A DNA stretch of 64,000 nt from Acidobacteriota bacterium (lineage in GTDB: Bacteria; Acidobacteriota; Thermoanaerobaculia; Multivoradales; J023), in contig JAJCXR010000003.1 in assembly GCA_029263315.1 (NCBI GenBank), positions 64,615 through 128,614 on the forward strand, in the 5' to 3' direction. Under the pieces are notes generated by a model, which was given only the letters and a program-made list of their open reading frames with translations, had not been told where the DNA came from and did not search any database. Below are positions 48,601-56,891 of the stretch, piece after piece. The position numbers and the translations under genes were made by a program. The number at the start of each line of letters is the position of its first letter. The first letter of the stretch is position 1.

Positions 48601-49661
48601 TCCCGTTGCCGGTGACCGTCGCCGTCGAGCGCCAAGGCGCCACCTTCACCGTCTCCTACAGCACCGACGACGGTGTGACGTGGATTCAGCCGACGGGTGC
48701 CCTCGGGGGCTCGGTGGCCATCGACGCCATGGACGCGACCTATGTCGGCATGGCCACCGCCTCCTACGAGTCGACCCAGGTGATGACGGCATCCTTCGAC
48801 GACTTCAACCTGTGCGGCTACGGTGGCGTGCCGGAGATCCTGCCGCCCCCCACCTCCGGCTGCGACGAAACCGAGGAATTCGACGTCATCTACCTGATGG
48901 ACCTGTCCGGTAGCATGGCGTCCTACTTCCAGAACGCCGGTACCGGGACGCGCCTCGAGGCTAGCCAGATCGCCCTGTCGAGCCTCAACGATTCCCTGGC
49001 CCTGCGGGGTGACGGCAGCCGGGCTGCCCTCATCACCTTCAGCGGTTTCCTCACCCCCGAGGAAAACCTGGCCGACGGCTACATCGTGCAGTCTGGCTTG
49101 ACCACCGACTTCGCCAGCCTGGAGACCTTGATCCAGAGCTTCGCGGTGGGCGATCTCCAAAACCTCGACACGACCCCGACGCCGCTGGCCTTGGAGGGTG
49201 CCCTGGAGACCCTCCTGGCGCAGGCGGATCCGACCCACACTCCGGCGGTGGTCTTGGTCACCGACGGTATCCCCAACATCGACATCCTCGGTGAAGGTGG
49301 CCCCGGGATCTATGACCTGGACGAAATCCAAGGCATCGTCCTCTACGACGGCGTGGGCGGCTTCCTGCCGGCCCTCGATGTCGCCCTGCTCGGCAACTAC
49401 AACCCCGGGCTCGACAACTTCGATGGCCAGGTCATGTCCGATGCCATGGTGCAGCTCGAAGGCCTGCGCACGGCGTTCCCCAGCATCGAGATCTACGGCG
49501 TCGCCCTGCAGGGCAACGGCTCGGATCTCGGCACCTTCAACGAAGGCCTGCTCGACTACGGGGCCTACTTGACCAACGCTCTATCGTTCAGCGTCAACAA
49601 CGCCGACGAGTTGGCCACCGCCATGGGGGTGCTCGAGTTGCAGCTCAGCTGCACACCTTGA
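45675..49661 (+). CDS. Giant secreted protein (1328 aa): signal peptide; Gly/His-rich low-complexity region; duplicated roughly 110-aa CPR(T/S)PGYWKNH…[11 protein letters not shown] domain separated by a poly-Asp run; two vWA (MIDAS DxSxS) modules; Cna-B/SdrD-B-like domain; LamG/beta-sandwich-like region
   Basis: Start at ATG 45675 with SD aagagg. Signal [25 protein letters not shown]. (GGGGHGGGG)n. 29 consecutive Asp. [12 protein letters not shown] and [42 protein letters not shown]. Confidence 0.7.
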   Translation: [1328 protein letters not shown]

Positions 49662-49701
49662 GGCTAGGTTGAGCGATCGAGCCCGATCGCTGACAGCACA
49701 A

Positions 49702-49729
49702 AGCCCCCGCCTCGGCGGGGGCTTTTTTG
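49702..49729 (+). terminator. Rho-independent terminator (aagcccccgcctcggcgggggcTTTTTTGTTG)
   Basis: Perfect GC-rich hairpin plus T-run, 40 nt after the stop of the giant secreted-protein gene. Confidence 0.85.
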
Positions 49730-49899
49730 TTGTGGGGCTCGAGTGAGCACTGCGGCCTACGATGCTTCTCCCCGCGGTTCGGCGGAAAGCAAACGCCCCG
49801 GCCCCGTTCGTCGACCCGAAGAGCTATTCAGATCGGGTGGCCATCGGCAAGAAGCAGCATCGTCTCCCCGTGGTATAATTCTACCCACAATTAATTCTA

Positions 49900-50095
49900 A
49901 AGATCTCGTCTGAGTCATCTTGTGGGCCTGGGCCTGAAGCTTCCCTTAGTGCACCTTTCCGGAAGTAGGGTGAGCTATCGAGAGCCCCGAGGCCCGCGTC
50001 CGCAAGGCTTGCGAGTGAGGCATCGTGGGGCTCTGTTGCAGCGAGCGTAACCCGCGGAGGTGGATGCATCGGGGCTCAAAATACCAGCGTCTTTT
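49900..50095 (+). other. Copy 2 of the duplicated intergenic element (see 11652..11826), ending 50 nt before the start of the giant membrane-protein gene
   Basis: catcgtggggctctgttgcagcgagcgtaacccgcggaggtggatgcatcggggctcaaaataccag, followed by gcgtcttttttt. Confidence 0.5.
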
Positions 50096-50145
50096 TTTGA
50101 AAAGGTGTACTTGGGGAGAGGGCCCGAGCCTCGGGAGGAGTCGTC

Positions 50146-53100
50146 ATGCTGCGCAAACCGGTATTCTGGGTGTCTTTTGTCGCCCTCTCCATCGTCGCCT
50201 GGTGGTTCACCCTAAGCACCTTCGAGCAGGCCTACCCGGTGGTCGATCTAGAGCTGACGATGAACCGCAGCGGCGCCCTGGCCAAGGCCGAGGACCTGGC
50301 CTCCCGTCATGGTTGGGGACCACCAGGGGCGACACAGGCAGTCGCCTTCGAGCGGGACGAGACCGTGCAGGTCTTCGTCGAGCTCGAGGCCGGCGGCAAA
50401 GCCGCCTTTCAGGAGATGCTGGCGGCAGATCTCTATGCTCCCTATAGCTGGAAGGTCCGCCGATTCCAGCCCGGCCATACGACGCAGGGCGAGGTCCGTT
50501 TCACTCCGGACGGCGAGCCCTACGGCTTTCGCATCAAGCTGCCAGAAGACGCTCCGGGAGCCAGTTTGGAACCGGCGGCGGCCCGTCGCTTGGCCGAGGA
50601 TGCCGCCGCCGGTGACTGGCGCGTCCACTTCGCCGACTTCGAGCTCATCGAAGGCTCGCAGGAAATGCGTCCCGGCGGACGCACCGACCACACGTTTGTC
50701 TACCAACGTCAGGCACAAAGCCTGGGCGAAGCTCGCTACCGACTCCGCTTGGTGGTCAGCGGCGACCAACTCAGCGAGCTCAGCCACAGCGTCGCCATTC
50801 CGGAGACCTTCCATCGCCGCTTGGCGCAGCTGCGGGCCGGCAATCAGGCCCTCTCCTCCGCCGGCAGGATCGTCATGCTGGTGCTGCTGCTCGGCGGCGG
50901 CTGTCTGACGGGCCTCCTCTTCCTTCTCCGACGACGGGCCCTGTTGTGGCGACAGGCATTGGTTTGGGGGGCAACGATCGGCCTGCTGCAGCTGATGGCC
51001 GGGCTCAATCGATGGCCCCTTTGGTGGATGGAGTACGACACCGCCGTCGGAGCCAAGAGTTTTGTCATCGAAACGATCTTCAACCTGTTTTCAGAGTGCG
51101 TTTGGCTCACCTTGGGCACGGCGTTCGTTTTCATGGCAGCCGAGGGCTTGACCCGCTATGCCCTGCCCGATCAGATTCAGCTCTGGCGTTCTGCGTCGGC
51201 GGCGGCAAGCCCACAGATCCTCGGCCGAACCGCAGCGGCCTACCTGCTGGTTGGCCCCTACTGTGCCTACAAAGTGGCTTTCTTTCTCTTCACTTCCCAA
51301 AACCTCGGTTGGTGGTCACCGGCCTCCCACCTTTCGGACCCCAACATCCTCGCCACGTGGTTACCGTGGCTCAACCCCATCGCCGCAGCCCTGCGGGCTG
51401 GATTCGCCGAGGAATGCCTGTTCCGGGCCCTGCCGTTGGCCATCGCCACGCTGCTCGGGCGGCGCTTCGGACAACCGCGCCTGTGGATCGGCGCCACCTT
51501 GATACTGCAAGCCGTGATCTTCGGCGCCTCTCACGCCAACTATCCCAACCTGCCAGCCCATGCGCGATTGGTGGAGCTGATCCTGCCTTCCATTCTCTAT
51601 GGCTTGATCTACTTGCGCTTCGGCCTGTTGCCGGGAATCCTCCTGCACTTCGCCTTCGATGTCCTGGCCTTTGGCCTGCCGGTGCTCGTCTCCACCGCCC
51701 CCGGCGCGGCGATCCACCTGACAATGCTGGCATTGATCACCCTCCTCCCCATGGCAGTGGTACTGCTGGCGCGCTGGCGTCAAGGTCGCTGGGGCGAGGT
51801 CGACGGGACCCTCCTCAACGGCTCATGGGTACCCCCACCTGCCACTGCGGAGACGCCAGGACGATGGGCACCGAGCCGCCAACTGGACCTGCCAGGCTAC
51901 CGCTGGCTCTATGTAGCGGCGGCTGCGGGGGCCGCTCTGTGGCTGGCGACGAGTCGCTTCGAGTCCGATGCTCCACGCCTCCAGGTCGATCGGAGCACAG
52001 CCATCACGGCCGCCCGGCAAGAGGCCCAGAACCTGGGCTGGGAGCTGAGCCCCCATGCCACCGTGCTCGGCCAAGTGCGCTTCGAGCTCGATGATGGCCA
52101 CCGCTTTGTCTGGCAGCAAGGGGGACGCCAACTCTATGATTCATTGCTGGGCAGCTACCTGCGTCCGCCACGTTGGCACTTCCGTTTTGTCAACTTCAGC
52201 GGCGAGGTTACGGGGCGGGCCGAAGAGCACCAGATATGGATCGATGGGAGGGGCCAAGCCTTTCAGCACTGGCATCGACTACCGGAGGACCGGGACGGCG
52301 CCAACCTCGAGGCCGGGAACGCCAGAACCTTGGCCCTGGCAGCGCTGGCCAGCCGCTACGGCCTGGGGCCAGACCAGCGGATCGAGATATCCGCCCTTCC
52401 GTCACAACGCCCCTCCCGCCGGGATTGGCAATTCACCTTCGAAGACCCCACCGTGCTGCCCGAGACCCCCGGCAAAGCGCTGGCGACCGTCCTCATCGCG
52501 GGCCACGAGGTGATCAGCTCTTTCCGTCAAATCCAACCACCGGAATCGTGGCGCCGGGCCGAAAGGGAACATGCTGCGATCGGCGAAGTGCTGCACCAGG
52601 GGAGCCGACTGTGCTTTTTCTTGGTCTGCCTCGGCGGACTACTGGCGGCGGTGTACCGCTGGAGCCAGCGACGGCTCGCCGGTCGAGGGACCATCCTTTC
52701 CTTGACCCTTCTCAGCCTGCTGGCGGTTGTCATCCTGATCGACCTCTGGCCCCTTCTCCAGGCCGAGCTATCCACCTCCCGGGCTCCCGGCCTGCAGATG
52801 ACAGCTAAGCTCAAGGGCATCCTACCGCCCGCCATCGGCATCCTGGTCGCCGTGGCCCTGCAGATCGGCTTCACCCTGCGCTGGCCTCCGTTGCGCACCC
52901 CGAAAAACCTTCGAGCCGCGTTGCTCCCGGGCTTAGCCCTGGGCACTGTCTGGGCCGGCCTGGCGGCGCTCGTTCTGCGACTGAGGCCGTCTTCGCTGCC
53001 CATCTGGCCGGACTTCACCGTCGCCGGCAGCGCGCTACCTTGGCTGGGCGCCAGCCTGCATCCGCTGGCAACTTTTTTCATCGTCGCTTTGCCAACAGTC

Positions 53101-53556
53101 TGGATCGTCGTCGGTGCGGACCACCTCACCGCCGGATGGCAGCGGCGGCGCGGTTTGGCAGCCTTGCTGATGATCGGTTTGGCGATCGGCTTCACGGGTT
53201 GGTCGGTCGACGACCCATCCCTGTGGTTCTGGCAAGGCTTGCTCTTGGGGGGCTCCCTCCTCGCAGCCTACATCCTGGTACTTCGTCACCAGCTCTCCCT
53301 GGTCGTGCCCGCCGTCGCCGGCGCGGTGGCCTGGCAAACCCTCGGCCAAGGGATTCTGCGGGCTTACCCTGGGGCCTTGCTCGGCAACCTACTTGCCGTC
53401 GTCGTGATCCTGCTGGTGGCTCTGTGGTGGGTACGGGCTCTGGCCGACGACACCATGCCCGCCGCAAGGTCAGTCGAAGCAGAAAGCGCAGGACAACCTA
53501 ATCTTGGTGCAGGGCTTCGATCGGATCCACCGAGGCGGCACGAACGGCAGGTATGA
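50146..53556 (+). CDS. Giant polytopic membrane protein (1136 aa) with an embedded CPBP (CAAX protease / bacteriocin-processing, Abi) intramembrane metalloprotease domain
   Basis: CPBP motifs in order: EECLFRALP (motif 1), FGASHANYP (motif 2), HFAFDVLAF (motif 3). More than 15 predicted transmembrane segments. Large soluble domains at residues 30-230 and 560-750. Confidence 0.65.
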   Translation: MLRKPVFWVSFVALSIVAWWFTLSTFEQAYPVVDLELTMNRSGALAKAEDLASRHGWGPPGATQAVAFERDETVQVFVELEAGGKAAFQEMLAADLYAPYSWKVRRFQPGHTTQGEVRFTPDGEPYGFRIKLPEDAPGASLEPAAARRLAEDAAAGDWRVHFADFELIEGSQEMRPGGRTDHTFVYQRQAQSLGEARYRLRLVVSGDQLSELSHSVAIPETFHRRLAQLRAGNQALSSAGRIVMLVLLLGGGCLTGLLFLLRRRALLWRQALVWGATIGLLQLMAGLNRWPLWWMEYDTAVGAKSFVIETIFNLFSECVWLTLGTAFVFMAAEGLTRYALPDQIQLWRSASAAASPQILGRTAAAYLLVGPYCAYKVAFFLFTSQNLGWWSPASHLSDPNILATWLPWLNPIAAALRAGFAEECLFRALPLAIATLLGRRFGQPRLWIGATLILQAVIFGASHANYPNLPAHARLVELILPSILYGLIYLRFGLLPGILLHFAFDVLAFGLPVLVSTAPGAAIHLTMLALITLLPMAVVLLARWRQGRWGEVDGTLLNGSWVPPPATAETPGRWAPSRQLDLPGYRWLYVAAAAGAALWLATSRFESDAPRLQVDRSTAITAARQEAQNLGWELSPHATVLGQVRFELDDGHRFVWQQGGRQLYDSLLGSYLRPPRWHFRFVNFSGEVTGRAEEHQIWIDGRGQAFQHWHRLPEDRDGANLEAGNARTLALAALASRYGLGPDQRIEISALPSQRPSRRDWQFTFEDPTVLPETPGKALATVLIAGHEVISSFRQIQPPESWRRAEREHAAIGEVLHQGSRLCFFLVCLGGLLAAVYRWSQRRLAGRGTILSLTLLSLLAVVILIDLWPLLQAELSTSRAPGLQMTAKLKGILPPAIGILVAVALQIGFTLRWPPLRTPKNLRAALLPGLALGTVWAGLAALVLRLRPSSLPIWPDFTVAGSALPWLGASLHPLATFFIVALPTVWIVVGADHLTAGWQRRRGLAALLMIGLAIGFTGWSVDDPSLWFWQGLLLGGSLLAAYILVLRHQLSLVVPAVAGAVAWQTLGQGILRAYPGALLGNLLAVVVILLVALWWVRALADDTMPAARSVEAESAGQPNLGAGLRSDPPRRHERQV

Positions 53557-55936
53557 AGCAAGCGACCGCGGCGACCGACAGCAGCAGGAGAGCGGTCAAA
53601 CCAAACGTCATCGGATCCATCGGCTGCAGGCGAAAGAGGGCTCCCCGCAGGGCGAATCCCAAAGGCACGGCCAAGGCCAATCCGATCAGCAAGCCGACGG
53701 ACGCCCGCATCAGGCTCTGTCTGAGGACCAAGGTGAGAACGTCACGGGAGGTGCCGCCCAGAGCCATACGCACCCCCATTTCTCGGGTACGCTGCGCGAC
53801 CCGAAAAGCGATCACACCATACAGCCCGATGGTGGCCAAGAGAACCGCCGCGGCACCGAAAATGCTGAACATGGTCCCCAACAGAATGGGGAAGAACATG
53901 GCCCGGGAGACCACCTCCTGCATCGGCCGGAGATAAAACAACGGCAGGTTGGGGTCGATCTCTCGCACCGTCTGCCGCAACGTCTCGGCAAAGGCCATCG
54001 GTTCCTGAGCTGTCCTGACCACAATCCAAGCCTCGGATTTCGGATACTGGTCAAAGGGAAAATAAATCGCCGGAGCGTCGCCGGGATTGTCAAAGTCTCC
54101 GAAGTGCAGGTTGGGAGCCACGCCGACCACCTCCGCCCAACCGCTATCCGGATCCTCGGGCTCGTTCTTGCCCCGCCACAGACGCAGCCGTTGACCGATG
54201 GCATTCTCGCCCGGCCATTGCTGTCTGGCCAATGCCTCGCTGACCAAGACCACCGCTGGAGCCGCTTGGCGATCCGACGCCGTCACGCCACGGCCATGGC
54301 GGACGGCGACACCGAGGGTTTTCAAATAACCGGGGGTGATTCTCAGGAACCGGGCCACCGGCATATCGGACGCTTCGTCGTAGGCAGTTCCCCGCACCAG
54401 GTACCTCGCCGACACCGAAGTGGTGGTATCCAAAGGCAGAATCGTCCCGATACCCGCCGCGCTGACCCCAGGCTTGGCGGCCAGCCTTGACTCCAAATCC
54501 TCAAAGAAGGCCTGCCAATCTTCCCGCTCCGGGTACTTCGCATCGAACAACGCTAGGCGGGCGGTCAATATCTGCTGCGGCTCAAGATGTAGATCGTAGT
54601 TGTTGATCGTGGCCACGGTCCGCACCATCAGACCGGCACCGATCAACAGGGGAAACGACACCGCCAGTTGGATGATGACCAACTTACGGCTCAGCCAACC
54701 CATGCGGAAGCTGCTCGAACCGCGAGCCGCATCCTGTAGCACCCGGTTCAGGTCCGGCTTTGACGCCTGCCAGGCCGGTCCCAAGCCGGCCGCCAGCGCC
54801 GCCAGCACGGTGACACCAAGGGTGAAGAACAACACCCGGCCATCGATCTGAAACGACACCCAGAAAGGCGGATCCATATCGGCGATGCTGGCGCTCAGAG
54901 CCCCGACGGCGAGATGCGCCAGCATCACACCGACGGCGACTCCGCCGGTCGCCAACAAGCCCGCATCCAACAGCACTTGACCCAGCGTTTGAGCACGGCT
55001 GGCCCCTAAGGCCGAGCGGATCGCCAGCTCATGTCCCCGCGATGCGGCGCGGACGATCAACAGATTCGCCACGTTGATCGAAGCGATCAGCAAGACCAGC
55101 AGCGTCGCCGCCAACATCACCCCCAGCAACAGTTGGGCGCGTTGGTCGATGAAGGAGTCGACATAGGGCTTGACCGCCACTCCGATGCCCTTGTTGGCCT
55201 CGGGATACTGTTCCTCCAGGCGTCGGCCGATGGTCTCCATCTCAGCCGCCGCCTGTTTGATGGAGACGCCGTCGGCCAAACGGCCAAAGACCCCGAGGCG
55301 CATTCCGGAGCCCCGCTCCGTCTCACCGGGCGACAACTGCAAAGGCAACCAAACGTCGTGCCGGAAAGGGAAACGGAAACCCGGTGGAAGCACACCGATC
55401 ACCGTCGACGGTTCGGCGTTGACCCGCACGACCCGGCCCACGATGTCGGGGTCGGAGTCGTAGCGCTGTCGCCACACATGGTGACCGATGAGCAAAACAG
55501 GGGGTGCCCCCGGCCGTTCGTCCTCAGCGCGGAATCCCTGCCCTAGGAAAGGCTTGACCCGCAGCAGGTCGAGGAAGCTAGCCGAGATCCTGACGCCGTG
55601 GTAGCGCTCCGGCAGGTACTCGTCGCTCAGGTTGACGGTGATCGGATCGAATCCGGCCAAAGCTTCGAAACTCTGCTGCTGGCTCCGCCAGTCGACAAAA
55701 TCATGCTCGCTGACCCGCGTTCCGCTGGGGGACGGATTGAAATCCCGCTGCTCCAACTGCAGCAAACGCTCGGATTCTTCGAAGGGCAAACCGCGCAAAA
55801 CCGCCCCGTCGATCACCGCAAACATCGAGACGGTCAGGCCGATCCCCAACGCCATGGCCAAGACGGCCCCGAGACTGGAACCTGGGTTCTTGATCAATCG
55901 CCGGAGACTGTAACGAAGCTCGCTGAAAAGGCTCAT
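53498..55936 (-). CDS. FtsX-family ABC transporter permease with duplicated domains (ADOP / MacB-like, no fused ATPase)
   Basis: ADOP-type N-terminus MSLFSELRYSLRRLIKNPG. Two FtsX 4-TM modules, each preceded by a large periplasmic domain. 812 aa. Confidence 0.8.
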   Translation of the reverse strand: MSLFSELRYSLRRLIKNPGSSLGAVLAMALGIGLTVSMFAVIDGAVLRGLPFEESERLLQLEQRDFNPSPSGTRVSEHDFVDWRSQQQSFEALAGFDPITVNLSDEYLPERYHGVRISASFLDLLRVKPFLGQGFRAEDERPGAPPVLLIGHHVWRQRYDSDPDIVGRVVRVNAEPSTVIGVLPPGFRFPFRHDVWLPLQLSPGETERGSGMRLGVFGRLADGVSIKQAAAEMETIGRRLEEQYPEANKGIGVAVKPYVDSFIDQRAQLLLGVMLAATLLVLLIASINVANLLIVRAASRGHELAIRSALGASRAQTLGQVLLDAGLLATGGVAVGVMLAHLAVGALSASIADMDPPFWVSFQIDGRVLFFTLGVTVLAALAAGLGPAWQASKPDLNRVLQDAARGSSSFRMGWLSRKLVIIQLAVSFPLLIGAGLMVRTVATINNYDLHLEPQQILTARLALFDAKYPEREDWQAFFEDLESRLAAKPGVSAAGIGTILPLDTTTSVSARYLVRGTAYDEASDMPVARFLRITPGYLKTLGVAVRHGRGVTASDRQAAPAVVLVSEALARQQWPGENAIGQRLRLWRGKNEPEDPDSGWAEVVGVAPNLHFGDFDNPGDAPAIYFPFDQYPKSEAWIVVRTAQEPMAFAETLRQTVREIDPNLPLFYLRPMQEVVSRAMFFPILLGTMFSIFGAAAVLLATIGLYGVIAFRVAQRTREMGVRMALGGTSRDVLTLVLRQSLMRASVGLLIGLALAVPLGFALRGALFRLQPMDPMTFGLTALLLLSVAAVACFIPAVRAASVDPIEALHQD

Positions 55937-55937
55937 C

Positions 55938-56891
55938 TCAAGTCATTGGGGCCGGCGACGATCGCGCCAACGCCTCAATGCAGAGGGCTGTCGTGATCTC
56001 CTCCGAACCGTAATACCCTTCATCGAAATCAATGTAGTAGGCCGCCCGCGGCCAACTGCCGTCCTCGTTCTGGCGATCGAGCAAGTAGCGTACCGCTGCG
56101 GCGAGGATCGATGGCTCAGCATACCCAAGATTCAGCAGGCTGGCCACCGCCATGGCGGTGTGAAGGACACTGCCCCCAAGCCCCCCATCGCCGTCTTGGC
56201 GAGCCAGAATTCGTTCGCTGGCCGCTGACCGTGCCGCCGCCAAGCGCCTTACGCCATGGAAGTAAGCCCGCGACAACACATAGAAAAAGAGTAGGTCGTC
56301 GACACCGTAGACAGTGCGTTTGCCCTCCTCGCCGTCGGTGGTGAGATGGACCAAATAGTCACACGCCGCCAGGGTCTCCGGTCGTTCGCCCAGGTAGAGA
56401 AGCACGTTGGCGTTGACCAGACCACACACATTGTTGGCCCCACCGTCGCTGAGGAAGGTGCGGAATCGACCGTCGGCATCGCGGTTGAGCAGAAAGAGCC
56501 GATAGTTGAGCCCCAACAGCAAGTAGTCGTGAGCGTCCTTCAGCACATAGGCCGCGCAAGCGGTGTCGTCGAGGTCCGGCGGCAAGGTTTCGGCATTCCC
56601 CAGGCTGAAGTAGCGCCACAAACCCGGGGCTTCCATTTCCCCGAGCAGAAAGGTGGAACCACGGGAGACGATGGAGGGCACCCGAAGGTCGTCACTGTAA
56701 GCCAACGAGTAGAGGATATAGGAGGTGCCATAGGGCGTGCTCTTGAGTTGAGGATTGGCTTCCATCGCCAGGTCACTATAACGATAGGTCTTGAGCTCGC
56801 CGCTGGGCAACTGTTGCCGATCGAGAAAACCGACCGCGCGGGACAGAGCTGTGCGGACCCGCGTCGCTGCCGCTTCCTCAGCCGGATTCAT
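55938..56891 (-). CDS. Prenyltransferase / squalene-oxidase repeat (alpha/alpha-toroid) protein, 317 aa
   Basis: LLDRQNEDGSWP is the canonical QxxDGSW repeat of prenyltransferase-beta / terpene-cyclase folds. Further degenerate repeats (LNRDADGRF, LARQDGDGGLGG). Confidence 0.55.
   Translation of the reverse strand: MNPAEEAAATRVRTALSRAVGFLDRQQLPSGELKTYRYSDLAMEANPQLKSTPYGTSYILYSLAYSDDLRVPSIVSRGSTFLLGEMEAPGLWRYFSLGNAETLPPDLDDTACAAYVLKDAHDYLLLGLNYRLFLLNRDADGRFRTFLSDGGANNVCGLVNANVLLYLGERPETLAACDYLVHLTTDGEEGKRTVYGVDDLLFFYVLSRAYFHGVRRLAAARSAASERILARQDGDGGLGGSVLHTAMAVASLLNLGYAEPSILAAAVRYLLDRQNEDGSWPRAAYYIDFDEGYYGSEEITTALCIEALARSSPAPMT

Noticed and set aside
45714-49331. Large minus-strand ORFs (45714..47243, 47691..49331) opposite the giant secreted-protein gene
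   Set aside because: These are mirror frames of the repeat-rich plus-strand gene (V/A/T tracts mirror the G/H and D repeats). They have no start context, and the plus-strand gene has a signal peptide, vWA motifs and a terminator.
50060-50095. ECF-sigma-like GGATGC…CGTCT promoter in copy 2 of the duplicated element
   Set aside because: The spacer is about 20 nt (too long) and the CGTCT is absent from copy 1, so it is not a conserved feature of the element.
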